The translations under genes were made by a program, and so were the position numbers. The notes below the pieces were generated by a model. That model did no database searches and had not been told where the DNA came from. It saw only the letters and a list, made by a program, of their open reading frames with translations. 64,000 bases of DNA from an uncultured Lachnospiraceae bacterium (lineage in GTDB: Bacteria; Bacillota; Clostridia; Lachnospirales; Lachnospiraceae): positions 75,106-139,105 of the forward strand of contig CAJUIS010000003.1 of assembly GCA_910586645.1 (NCBI GenBank). Reading direction: 5' to 3'. The first letter of the stretch is position 1; the number at the start of each line of letters is the position of its first letter. This document shows, one piece after another, positions 10,245 through 19,180 of this stretch.

Positions 10245-11636
10245 TTAAAGCTCACAATTGCCGACCGTTCTTGGAAATGGGATTACGTCTCTGATATTCT
10301 GCATTCCTGTCAGATACATCACCAGCCTTTCAAACCCAAGCCCGAAGCCTGCATGCCTTGCAGAGCCATATTTCCGGAGATCCAGATAAAATCCATAATC
10401 TTCCTCGTTTAATCCAAGTTCTTTGATTCTTGCAAGAAGCTTTTCATAATCGTCTTCCCTCTGGCTTCCGCCGATAATCTCCCCGATTGCAGGCGCCAGG
10501 CAGTCCACTGCGGCCACCGTCTTCCCGTCGTCGTTTAACTTCATATAAAAAGCTTTGATCTCTTTCGGATAATCCGTCACAAAAACCGGACGTTTAAACA
10601 CCTCTTCCGTCAGATAGCGCTCATGCTCCGTCTGCAGATCCGCTCCCCATGAAACCTTATAATCAAAATTATCATTATTCTTTTCTAAAATTTCCACCGC
10701 TTCCGTATATGTGACACGGGCAAACTCAGAATCCGCCACATGGTTTAAACGCTCCAGAAGCCCCTTATCCACAAAATTGTTGAAGAACTGCATCTCTTCC
10801 GGCGCATGGTCAAGCACATAGCGTATCACATATTTCAGCATACTCTCCGCCAGAACCATATCGTCTTTTAAATCCGCAAACGCAATTTCCGGCTCAATCA
10901 TCCAAAATTCCGCCGCATGACGCGTCGTATTAGAATTTTCCGCCCGGAATGTCGGCCCAAATGTATAGATATTTTTAAATGCCATCGCATACGTCTCGCC
11001 GTTTAACTGTCCGCTGACCGTAAGATTCGTAGCTTTTCCAAAAAAATCCTTTGAAAAATCCACCGCTCCTTCCTCTGTCTTCGGCACGTCCAAAAGGTTC
11101 AGCGTTGTCACGCCAAACATTTCACCGGCTCCCTCACAGTCGCTTCCCGTAATCAGCGGCGTATGCACATACACGAAATCCCTCTCCTGAAAAAACCTGT
11201 GAATCGCGTAGGCAGTCAGGGAACGGACGCGGAATACCGCCTCAAATGTATTCGTCCTCGGACGCAGATGGGAAATCGTGCGCAGATACTCAAACGTATG
11301 GCGCTTTTTCTGAAGCGGATAATCCGGCGCGGACTCCCCTTCAATCACAACCTCCTCCGCCTGGATTTCAAACGGCTGCTTTGCAGAAGGCGTCGCGACA
11401 AGCTTTCCTGTCACAATAATTGCGGCTCCGACATTTAACTTCTCCACTTCCGCAAAATTCGCCATCCCGTCATGGTACACCACCTGCAGCGGCTCAAAGA
11501 ACGTCCCGTCATTTACCACAATAAAACCAAAATTTTTCGAACTGCGGATACTCCTTACCCACCCCGCAATCGTTACCGTCTGTTCCAGATATTTTTCCCT
11601 GTCCCGGTAAATCTCCCGGATATTTACACTTCCCAT
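10245..11636 (-). CDS. asnS: Asparagine--tRNA ligase
   Basis: GWVR OB fold, [36 protein letters not shown]. Confidence 0.98.
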   Translation of the reverse strand: MGSVNIREIYRDREKYLEQTVTIAGWVRSIRSSKNFGFIVVNDGTFFEPLQVVYHDGMANFAEVEKLNVGAAIIVTGKLVATPSAKQPFEIQAEEVVIEGESAPDYPLQKKRHTFEYLRTISHLRPRTNTFEAVFRVRSLTAYAIHRFFQERDFVYVHTPLITGSDCEGAGEMFGVTTLNLLDVPKTEEGAVDFSKDFFGKATNLTVSGQLNGETYAMAFKNIYTFGPTFRAENSNTTRHAAEFWMIEPEIAFADLKDDMVLAESMLKYVIRYVLDHAPEEMQFFNNFVDKGLLERLNHVADSEFARVTYTEAVEILEKNNDNFDYKVSWGADLQTEHERYLTEEVFKRPVFVTDYPKEIKAFYMKLNDDGKTVAAVDCLAPAIGEIIGGSQREDDYEKLLARIKELGLNEEDYGFYLDLRKYGSARHAGFGLGFERLVMYLTGMQNIRDVIPFPRTVGNCEL

Positions 11637-11646
11637 TGCCTCTCTC

Positions 11647-12900
11647 CTATTCCTCCGTATTTGCCGCCTGCGTATCTTCCAGAGATTCCGTGCCCTCCAA
11701 AGACTCGGTTCCTTCCGCGGCTTCGCTTTCCTGTCTTGTATACGTCACTTTCGCCTGCTCTACCACCATATCGCAGGCTTTATTTGCAAGATAAATCTTT
11801 TTAAAATATTTTTCTCCCGACTCGCTGCTTCCTCCAAGGCTTGTGTATAAGTCCTCCTTGGAAGAAAAACCGCTGTTCGACTGGAGATTCCCAATATATT
11901 CGTCAAAGCCCGCCTGATCAAATTCAATCCCCTCTTTTTTCGCAATAGCCTCAAGGATCAGCTCCTGCGTCAGGCTGTTTTCCAGATACGTCGTATTCTC
12001 TTCCCGAAACTGCTGTTCCGTCATCTGGTAATTGTTCTGTAAAAAGGTTTCCAGATCCATTCCGTCCGTACAGTAATTTTTACGGATGCTGTCCAAAGAC
12101 TCCTCCATCCTCGCCTCCACAATGCCTTCCGGGAAAGACTCCACCGTACAGAGATCCGCCAGGGATTCAAGGACAGCCGCCCTTAAATCTGTCTTTTTAT
12201 TCATCTCCGCAGACTCTTCTAAATATTTGCGGGAATTCGTATAGAACTCTTCCACACTTTCCACCTGGAAGTTGTCTTTGACATAAGCGGCGTCCAAAGC
12301 TTCCCGTTTCACCTCTTTGCAGACAGCGTTGACCGTAAAGGTAAACGTCACCTTCTGCCCTTTCAGCTCTTCCGAATCATAATCTTCCGGGAATGTCACT
12401 TCGCTGTCAACCGTTTCCCCGACTTTGGCCCCGACCAGGCCGTCGGTAAATCCCTCGATATAGCCGCTTCCCATCGTCACCTCACAGTTATTCGCCACGT
12501 CAATAATCTGATTTTCAGCGCTCCCGCCGTCAAAGGCGACGCCGTCCTTTTTCCCGACATAATTCACATCCACAATGTCGTTCTTTCCCACTTCCGTTTT
12601 CGATTCGTCCGGAACATAGGGTTTTGTGTAGGAAATCGCCTGATCCACATACGTATTGACCTGATCCTCCGTCACCTCATAATCCGCTTCGTTTAAAGTC
12701 ACTTCAATCCCCTTGTAGTCTCCAAGCTTCACATAATCGTCCACGTCATACTCAATATCGACGCTTGCCGCGCCTCCATTTTCCGTTCCCTCTTCCAAAA
12801 CAGCTTCCGTTCCGTTTTCCTTCTGCGCCGCATCATTGCCGCATCCTGCGGCTGCAAGCGCCATGCATGCGCCTAAAATTATAATTGTTTTTTTCTTCAT
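11647..12900 (-). CDS. Trigger-factor-like lipoprotein (FKBP PPIase plus C-terminal chaperone domain)
   Basis: Lipobox [28 protein letters not shown]...[11 protein letters not shown]...[19 protein letters not shown]. Confidence 0.8.
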   Translation of the reverse strand: MKKKTIIILGACMALAAAGCGNDAAQKENGTEAVLEEGTENGGAASVDIEYDVDDYVKLGDYKGIEVTLNEADYEVTEDQVNTYVDQAISYTKPYVPDESKTEVGKNDIVDVNYVGKKDGVAFDGGSAENQIIDVANNCEVTMGSGYIEGFTDGLVGAKVGETVDSEVTFPEDYDSEELKGQKVTFTFTVNAVCKEVKREALDAAYVKDNFQVESVEEFYTNSRKYLEESAEMNKKTDLRAAVLESLADLCTVESFPEGIVEARMEESLDSIRKNYCTDGMDLETFLQNNYQMTEQQFREENTTYLENSLTQELILEAIAKKEGIEFDQAGFDEYIGNLQSNSGFSSKEDLYTSLGGSSESGEKYFKKIYLANKACDMVVEQAKVTYTRQESEAAEGTESLEGTESLEDTQAANTEE

Positions 12901-13059
12901 GTTCTACCTCTCATATCCGCTCAGCGTATTAAAGTCCACTCATAAATGTGAACAATAATATTAACATATCACACTTGTACAGAAAATAAAAGGTTTTATT
13001 GCTTTTTCTTTCAATCAATGTTACAATATTCATCGAAATGCGATAAGGAGGGTTTTATT

Positions 13060-13539
13060 GTGTCAAAAGGTACAATTATTTTGCTGGTTATTCTTGCCAT
13101 ACTGATTATTGGAATTATCGTCCTGTATTTTGTCGGAAAACGCCTGCAGAAAAAACAGGCCGAGCAGCAGGAACAGATTGCGGCAGCCGCCCAGTCAGTC
13201 CCCATGCTGATTATCGACAAAAAGAAAATGAAACTAAAAGACGCCGGGCTTCCCGCAGCCATAATGGCACAAATGCCAAAACTTATGCGCCGTTCCAAAG
13301 TTCCGGTTGTAAAAGCCAAAATCGGCCCGAAAATCACGGTTCTTATCTGTGACGCCGCGATTTTCGATTCCATTCCATTAAAAAAAGAAGTGAAAGCCAC
13401 AGTCAGCGGACTTTACCTCACTTCCGTAAAAGGGCTGCACGGCTCTGTTTCACAGGGAGCGCCTGTAAAAAAAGGCTTCCGTTCCAAATTAAAGGCAAGA
13501 TACAGCGAATTGAAGTCGAAGACAGGCCAGGGCAAATAA
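13060..13539 (+). CDS. Hypothetical basic protein with single N-terminal TM helix
   Basis: GTG after AAGGAGG; TM segment followed by Lys-rich domain. Confidence 0.7.
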   Translation: MSKGTIILLVILAILIIGIIVLYFVGKRLQKKQAEQQEQIAAAAQSVPMLIIDKKKMKLKDAGLPAAIMAQMPKLMRRSKVPVVKAKIGPKITVLICDAAIFDSIPLKKEVKATVSGLYLTSVKGLHGSVSQGAPVKKGFRSKLKARYSELKSKTGQGK

Positions 13540-13546
13540 TTTTATA

Positions 13547-13600
13547 AAAAAAACGGACAGCTCCGGTCGTCATCCCCGGCTCTGCCCGTTTTTTGTTTTT
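13547..13600. terminator. Bidirectional terminator (imperfect stem)
   Basis: A-run-CGGACAG..CCGG / CCGG..CTGCCCG-T-run between convergent genes. Confidence 0.6.
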
Positions 13601-13628
13601 ATCTGTTTTCTTTTTCTCTATAATCTAA

Positions 13629-14081
13629 TCAGGACGAAATATGGAAATCTCCCGCTTCTCTTGACTGAACCGCCACTTTTATCTTACAGTCGGCCAGATG
13701 CGTGTAATTTAACTCAAGCGCATAATCCACATCTATGAATATGTCGTTTTCCTCTTCCGTAATGTTTATTTTCTTCGCATTGATCCCAAGGATTAAACTT
13801 CCGAACGGCGTCTGGTAGCAGGTGACGTTTTTTTTATTTTTTTCAAAAACCATATGTACGTTTGTCACTCCGCGCTTTGTAATGTCCATGCAGTCGTCCT
13901 GCAGCTTGATGATATTTCTCGTCGTGCCGTCAAAGCCCTCCACCACTTCGTCATAGATAATGTAATGCTTATCGTTCTTTTTATAATAATCTCCCGCCGT
14001 AATAATCTCGATCGGTTCGGCGTCTTCATTCTGCCTTGCAATCTGCAGTCCGTTCACGGAAACCAGTACATCTTTTGTCAT
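13629..14081 (-). CDS. DUF1934-family beta-barrel protein
   Basis: G.YYKKN..HYIIYDE, CYQTPFG, IDVDYALE pattern. Confidence 0.8.
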   Translation of the reverse strand: MTKDVLVSVNGLQIARQNEDAEPIEIITAGDYYKKNDKHYIIYDEVVEGFDGTTRNIIKLQDDCMDITKRGVTNVHMVFEKNKKNVTCYQTPFGSLILGINAKKINITEEENDIFIDVDYALELNYTHLADCKIKVAVQSREAGDFHISS

Positions 14082-14172
14082 ACGTTTCTCCTCTTTTCTC
14101 TCTTTCGGCTATTTTAGCATATCAAAACCAAAACCACAAGCGCATTTTCCCCATGGAAACAACTGGCAGAAG

Positions 14173-15117
14173 CTAAAGCATCTTTCTCCGCTTTAAAATA
14201 TAAAGCGCCAGCACACAGATCAGCGTAATCATAATGCAGATAATTGCAAACCCATGGGGCACGGTAGAAAGCGGCATCCATTTTCCGCTTACGTTCATGC
14301 CGTAGATCCCCGATATAATCGTCGGAATCGCCATTACAAGAGTAATCGACGTCAGAAATTTCATTACGTTATTCAGACGGTTATTGATAATCGTAGACAC
14401 CAGCTCCCTGGAACCATGAATAATGTCCCGGTAAATATTCGTCATCTCAATTGCCTGCCGGTTCTCAACGATTACGTCGTCTAAAAGTTCTTTGTCTTCC
14501 GGATACTGCTCTATCCTCTCGTATCTCGTCAGACGATCCAGCACGACCTTGTTGGCGCTCAAAGACGTCGCAAAATAGACAAGGTTCGTTTCCAGCTCAT
14601 GCAGGTTAATCAGATCCTTGTCTTCCGTCGTCTCCGTCCCTACCCGCTTCTCGACCTCGCTCCGCTTCTTGTCCACCGCCCGTAAAAGCGTCTGGTACAA
14701 ATTTGCCGTACGCAAAAGGATCTGATAGACAAACCTCATTTTCTTCTTCGTGCTGAACCCGCGCATACGGTTATTATAAAAGGAATTTAAAATTACGGTA
14801 TCGTCACTGCAGACGGTAATAATTGCGCTCCTTACCAAAAGAATGCCCAACGGAATCGTCGTATACGCCCTTTGCTCGTTTCGGATTTCCTCAAAAGGAA
14901 TATCCACCAGAATCATCGTATAGCCGTCTTCTATCTGCACGCGGGAGCTTTCCTCTTCATCCAGCGCCGCGCGCACGTCTGCAATATCTATCGCATAGTA
15001 ATCCGCAACTTCCGTAAGTTCGTCCATTGTCGGCGAAATCAGATTTATCCAGACGTCCGGCTCAAATACTTCCTTCTGTGAAAGAATTCCATTATCTGTC
15101 TTATATATTGCTTTCAT
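14173..15117 (-). CDS. corA: CorA-family divalent cation transporter
   Basis: WINLISPT, LNNVMKFLT, signature YGMN between two C-terminal TMs. Confidence 0.92.
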   Translation of the reverse strand: MKAIYKTDNGILSQKEVFEPDVWINLISPTMDELTEVADYYAIDIADVRAALDEEESSRVQIEDGYTMILVDIPFEEIRNEQRAYTTIPLGILLVRSAIITVCSDDTVILNSFYNNRMRGFSTKKKMRFVYQILLRTANLYQTLLRAVDKKRSEVEKRVGTETTEDKDLINLHELETNLVYFATSLSANKVVLDRLTRYERIEQYPEDKELLDDVIVENRQAIEMTNIYRDIIHGSRELVSTIINNRLNNVMKFLTSITLVMAIPTIISGIYGMNVSGKWMPLSTVPHGFAIICIMITLICVLALYILKRRKML

Positions 15118-15180
15118 ATCCCGCCTCCATTTCCGCAGTATTCTGTTTATTATACCACAATTCTGTCAAAAAGAATACCG

Positions 15181-15213
15181 TATGGAAATCAATTTTGAAA
15201 ATTTATTTCCATA
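15181..15213. promoter_or_regulatory. Palindrome between corA and DtxR-family regulator (candidate operator)
   Basis: TATGGAAAT-C-AATTT-TGA-AAATT-T-ATTTCCATA. Confidence 0.5.
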
Positions 15214-15268
15214 TTCAGACAAGCTATGTTATAATAAAAGCAATTTTGAATCAGGGAGGAGATTTCAT

Positions 15269-15646
15269 ATGAGCAAAAACGAATCGGCAGAAAATTACCT
15301 GGAAACCATACTGATCTTAAGCCAGCGGCTTCCGGTTGTACGCTCCGTCGATATCGCCGCAGAAATGAACTTCAAAAAATCAAGCGTCAGCGTGGCAATG
15401 AAAAATCTGCGTGAAAACGGCTGCATCCAGGTAAGCGGCGCGGGATTTATCACCCTGACCGAAAAAGGGCGGAAAATTGCCGATATGATTTATGAACGCC
15501 ACACCTTTTTGTCCGAATGGCTGACGTCGCTTGGCGTCCAGGAACAAACCGCCGCAGAAGACGCCTGCCGGATGGAACACGTCGTCAGCCAGGAGAGCTT
15601 TGCCGCAATTAAAAAATACGTAACAGAATCCAATGCAAAAAAATAA
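15269..15646 (+). CDS. DtxR/MntR-family metal-dependent transcriptional regulator
   Basis: ESAENYLETI, VRSVDIA, ERH, EDACRMEH; ATG 15269 after GGGAGGAG. Confidence 0.9.
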   Translation: MSKNESAENYLETILILSQRLPVVRSVDIAAEMNFKKSSVSVAMKNLRENGCIQVSGAGFITLTEKGRKIADMIYERHTFLSEWLTSLGVQEQTAAEDACRMEHVVSQESFAAIKKYVTESNAKK

Positions 15647-15678
15647 AAGAATCCGGCTTTTCCGGATTCTTTTATTTT
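15640..15678. terminator. Bidirectional terminator
   Basis: AAAATAAAAGAATCCGG-CTTTT-CCGGATTCTTTTATTTT. Confidence 0.85.
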
Positions 15679-15702
15679 TATTTTCAGCCTGATTATGAAC
15701 GC

Positions 15703-16464
15703 TTACCGCGCTTCCACCACTTTTCTCATATCATAAATCCCGGCTGTCCTGCCTTTTAAGAATTTTGCCGCTTCCACGGCCCCTTTGCCAAACACGGAAC
15801 GGGAATATGACGTATGACGGATTTCGATCACTTCGTCTGTTCCGGCAAAAATAACGTCATGCTCGCCGACAATCGTCCCGCCGCGGACAGAAGAAATCCC
15901 GATTTCGGAAGGGTCTCTTTTCTTACGCTCTTTACTTCTGTCATATTTGTATTCATATGGCTGATCCAGCGCTTCCCGGATGACGTCCGCAAGCGCAAGA
16001 GCCGTACCGCTTGGCGCATCCAGCTTTTGATTGTGATGCTTCTCCACAATCTCTATGTCAAATCCCGCAGGAGCCAGAACCTTAGCGGCCTTCTGAAGAA
16101 TGTCAAACAGCGTATTGATTCCAAGCGACATATTCGCAGATTTTAAAACCGCAATTTTTTTCCCTGCTTCATCTACTTTTTTTAACTGTTCTTCACTAAG
16201 TCCCGTCGTACAGAGCGCCAGCGGAAGCCGCCTTTTCACACAATAATCCAGCACGCCGTCCACTGCCTTCGCCGTGGAAAAATCAATGACCGCATCTGCC
16301 GGCACATCACATTTCGTAATATCCGTAAATACCGGATAAGAATCAAGCCCAAGATCCTCCGTATCAATTCCTGCAGCAATCTCCGTATCCGGATCCTCTT
16401 TGCAAATCCCGGAAATAATCCGCCCCATCCGGCCGTTTGCACCGTGTAATATAATTCTTACCAT
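15703..16464 (-). CDS. dapB: 4-hydroxy-tetrahydrodipicolinate reductase
   Basis: GANGRMG, IDFS, EKHHNQKLDAPSGTA; ATG 16464 after GGAGG. Confidence 0.97.
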   Translation of the reverse strand: MVRIILHGANGRMGRIISGICKEDPDTEIAAGIDTEDLGLDSYPVFTDITKCDVPADAVIDFSTAKAVDGVLDYCVKRRLPLALCTTGLSEEQLKKVDEAGKKIAVLKSANMSLGINTLFDILQKAAKVLAPAGFDIEIVEKHHNQKLDAPSGTALALADVIREALDQPYEYKYDRSKERKKRDPSEIGISSVRGGTIVGEHDVIFAGTDEVIEIRHTSYSRSVFGKGAVEAAKFLKGRTAGIYDMRKVVEAR

Positions 16465-16541
16465 GTCTTCCTCCAAATGTATTTTTCCGCCGTCCAAATA
16501 TTACCGCCGCGGATTCCTGCGTATTGTTTCCCTTATCCTGA

Positions 16542-17432
16542 TTATGCGAGTTTTATCCCGTACGCCCGCATTGCTTCCGCAAGTTTTGCGGCGTTCTTTG
16601 CTTCCATTTCAGAAAGCGGCGCGCGAAGAGGTCCGGCCTCCATCCCCATCAGGTTTAAAGCTTTCTTTACCGGAATCGGGTTTACTTCGCTAAACAGCGC
16701 GTCAATCAGCGTTTCCGCCTCAAGCTGCATCTTTGCCGCCCCGGCGATATCTCCGGCGAAAAATTTCTCACACATTTCATGCACCTGCCTTGGCGCAACG
16801 TTTGACCAGACGGAAATCACTCCGACCGCTCCAAGTGACATCAGCGGGACTACAATGCCGTCTTCGCCGGAATACACATCAAGCCTGCCGTCCGTTAAGT
16901 ACATTGTCTTTGCCGCCTGTGAAACATTTCCGGTCGCTTCTTTTAATCCTGTAATATTCTCCACGTTCTTATATAAGTATGCCGCAGTTTCCGGCAGAAT
17001 ATTACACCCGGTACGGGACGGCACGTTGTACATGATAATCGGAAGCTTCACTTCATCCGCAATCTTTGTATAATGCCCAATCAGCCCTGCCTGCGTCGCT
17101 TTGTTGTAATAAGGCGTTACAATCAAAAGTCCGTCCGCCCCGGCTTCCTCCGCCTCTCTGGAAAGCTGGACTGCCGTAGCCGTGCAGTTTGAACCTGTTC
17201 CGGCCACAACCGGAATCCTGTGGTTCGTAAACCTGACAGCCGCTTCAATCACTTCTTTATGCTCTTCCATGGAAAGCGTGGAACTCTCTCCTGTCGTTCC
17301 TGCAATAATAATGCAGTCCGTTCCTTCTTTTACCTGAAAGTCAATCAATTCTTCCAGTTTATCATAATTGATTTCCTGATTCTCCTTCATAGGGGTGACA
17401 ATCGCCACGCCTGCGCCTTTAAATATGGCCAT
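16542..17432 (-). CDS. dapA: 4-hydroxy-tetrahydrodipicolinate synthase
   Basis: GTTGES, TPYYNK, YNVPSRTG, GLKEA, NPIPVK. Confidence 0.97.
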   Translation of the reverse strand: MAIFKGAGVAIVTPMKENQEINYDKLEELIDFQVKEGTDCIIIAGTTGESSTLSMEEHKEVIEAAVRFTNHRIPVVAGTGSNCTATAVQLSREAEEAGADGLLIVTPYYNKATQAGLIGHYTKIADEVKLPIIMYNVPSRTGCNILPETAAYLYKNVENITGLKEATGNVSQAAKTMYLTDGRLDVYSGEDGIVVPLMSLGAVGVISVWSNVAPRQVHEMCEKFFAGDIAGAAKMQLEAETLIDALFSEVNPIPVKKALNLMGMEAGPLRAPLSEMEAKNAAKLAEAMRAYGIKLA

Positions 17433-17472
17433 GTTTTATTCCTCCCAAAACGTTTGAATTTCATACTGATGT

Positions 17473-17501
17473 AAAAACCGGCTCTTTTTCTGAGAGCCGG
17501 T
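17473..17501 (-). terminator. Terminator of the lysine riboswitch expression platform
   Basis: ACCGGCTCT-CAGAAAA-AGAGCCGGT-TTTT just downstream of the aptamer. Confidence 0.85.
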
Positions 17502-17521
17502 ATAAGGGTTTCCACTTCTGT

Positions 17522-17687
17522 GATAGCGCACCATCTTTCGAAAAAGATGACAGTCATATATTTCTTCAACATATGCCCAAGAAAATATCCGCAGGAAATA
17601 TTCTCTTTCGGCGCTTTCCCCTTTCACCTGTCTTCTTCTGCACCTGCTGCATCCGACAGGCTACCGATGAATCGCGCAACCTCTATC
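17522..17687 (-). ncRNA. Lysine riboswitch (L-box) aptamer
   Basis: GATAGAGGTTGCG...GTGAAAGGGGAAAGCGCCGAA...CTTGGG...GACTGTCATC...GATGGTGCGCTATC; P1 GATAG/CTATC; upstream of dapA-dapB. Confidence 0.93.
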
Positions 17688-17716
17688 CGGTATCTATTCA
17701 GTTCTGCCTTATATGC

Positions 17717-17745
17717 AATATATCACGCTGCCAATCTTTTGTCAA
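17717..17745 (-). promoter_or_regulatory. Sigma-A promoter of the riboswitch-dapAB transcript
   Basis: TTGACA-17-TATATT with TG extension. Confidence 0.8.
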
Positions 17746-17748
17746 CCG

Positions 17749-18243
17749 TTATCCCGCCTGATTTTCCTGTATCAAATGATAGATTTCGCTGATGCAGGAA
17801 CGCAGCTCATCCGGAAGAGCCCATCCGGTAAGAATCAAATCCGTATCTTCAGATTTTGCAGAAATAAGACTTTTTAATTCATCCGTCTGAAGCACCCCAT
17901 GATCCACAAGGCCCAGCACCTCATCCAAAATCAAAAGGTCGCACTCCCCTGTCGTTAAAACCTTCTTGGCAAAATTGATGCCGTTTTTAATATTCTTTAC
18001 TTCTTCCAACTGCTCTTCTTCTGAAAGTTCGTTAAAATATTCGGCGGATTTCTCGAAACGGAAAAATTTAATTTCCGGTTCCAGCCTTCTTAAATATTCC
18101 ATTTTGTTACTGTCTTTTCCCTTTAAAAACTGAATGATAAAAACTGTTCTGCCTTCTGCAGCCGCACGTATCGCCTTTCCCAATGCAGCCGGTGACTTTC
18201 CTCTGCCTGCGCCGTAATACGCCTGTACGCTTCCAGATGCCAT
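17749..18243 (-). CDS. Cob(I)yrinic acid a,c-diamide adenosyltransferase (CobO/BtuR family)
   Basis: YYGAGRGKS, IIQFLKG, DLLILDEV, LILTG. Confidence 0.8.
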   Translation of the reverse strand: MASGSVQAYYGAGRGKSPAALGKAIRAAAEGRTVFIIQFLKGKDSNKMEYLRRLEPEIKFFRFEKSAEYFNELSEEEQLEEVKNIKNGINFAKKVLTTGECDLLILDEVLGLVDHGVLQTDELKSLISAKSEDTDLILTGWALPDELRSCISEIYHLIQENQAG

Positions 18244-18347
18244 AATAATCCTCCCTGTCTTTGGCAGCCGAAATTCGTTCTTACTGCCTACAATTTTCTA
18301 TCTCCAGATTTTATTAAGATACCACATAACAGAAAAAAAAGCAAACT

Positions 18348-18974
18348 TTATTCCAGACGCTCCACTTTACTTACAGAAACTTCATAGGCAACCCTTTTTT
18401 CCGTCACATTTTCGCCTATCTTTTTGACATATTCCCGGCTCTGGATCCTTCCCCAGATTTCCACATGGCTGCCAACTTCAAAACCGGAAGCAAATCTTGC
18501 GTTCCTTCCCCAGCAGATGCATGGTATGTAATCCGACTTCCCGTAAGAACGGTTGACGGCAATCAAAAGATCCGCGATTTCCCTTCCAAGCGGCGTCTTC
18601 CGGTAAATCGGCTCCTTACAGACATAACCGTCCAGATAAATCTGATTGCTCTTACTCTCTTCCATCTGCTCCTCTACAAACTCCAATTCCCTTGCAAAAA
18701 CAGAAAGCACCAGCCTGTTTTTCTTTTCTTCATGCCGATTGTAAGATCTGAACTGCCCTGTGACATAAATCATCTGTCCTTCACAGTTCTGCGACGTATC
18801 AACGATTCGTTCAGACACCATGATGGGAATCACGTCTACAAAATCGCTCAGCCTGTTTACGGAAATGTCCACCATATAAAAGCCCTCCCCGTAAACCTCG
18901 TGACTGTACCTGAAATCCGATACAATCGTTCCTACAATAGATACCTGGTTGTTTTCAAAAATTTTATCTGCCAT
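18348..18974 (-). CDS. Single-stranded DNA-binding protein with two tandem OB folds
   Basis: Duplicated pattern NQVSIVG...V.GQFRSY and NQIYLDG...IWGRIQSREY; ATG 18974 after AAGGGAG. Confidence 0.85.
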   Translation of the reverse strand: MADKIFENNQVSIVGTIVSDFRYSHEVYGEGFYMVDISVNRLSDFVDVIPIMVSERIVDTSQNCEGQMIYVTGQFRSYNRHEEKKNRLVLSVFARELEFVEEQMEESKSNQIYLDGYVCKEPIYRKTPLGREIADLLIAVNRSYGKSDYIPCICWGRNARFASGFEVGSHVEIWGRIQSREYVKKIGENVTEKRVAYEVSVSKVERLE

Positions 18975-19180
18975 GAATTTTTCTCCCTTCCTCTTTCCCC
19001 AGCTTATCTTCCTGGTGAACTGTACATCTGCAGCATTTTGATTTGTTACCATAATATGTTTCCAAAGGTATGTTTCAGTACCTTTCTACTGCATATTCAT
19101 ACCATGAAAGAATTACAAAAATTCACTTTTTCTGTCGATAAAATTTATTTTTATTCTGACACAGTCTGCTGCATTCCGGT

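Noticed and set aside
11636..13017. T-box leader for asnS
   Set aside because: Only 10 nt separate asnS from the upstream gene, and no T-box motif is visible in the 12901-13059 gap
17387..17792. Four short ORFs upstream of dapA
   Set aside because: They overlap the lysine riboswitch, its promoter and terminator
17749..18243. Cobalamin biosynthesis cluster or B12 riboswitch
   Set aside because: Single CobO-like gene; no other cob/cbi genes and no B12-box in the short upstream gap
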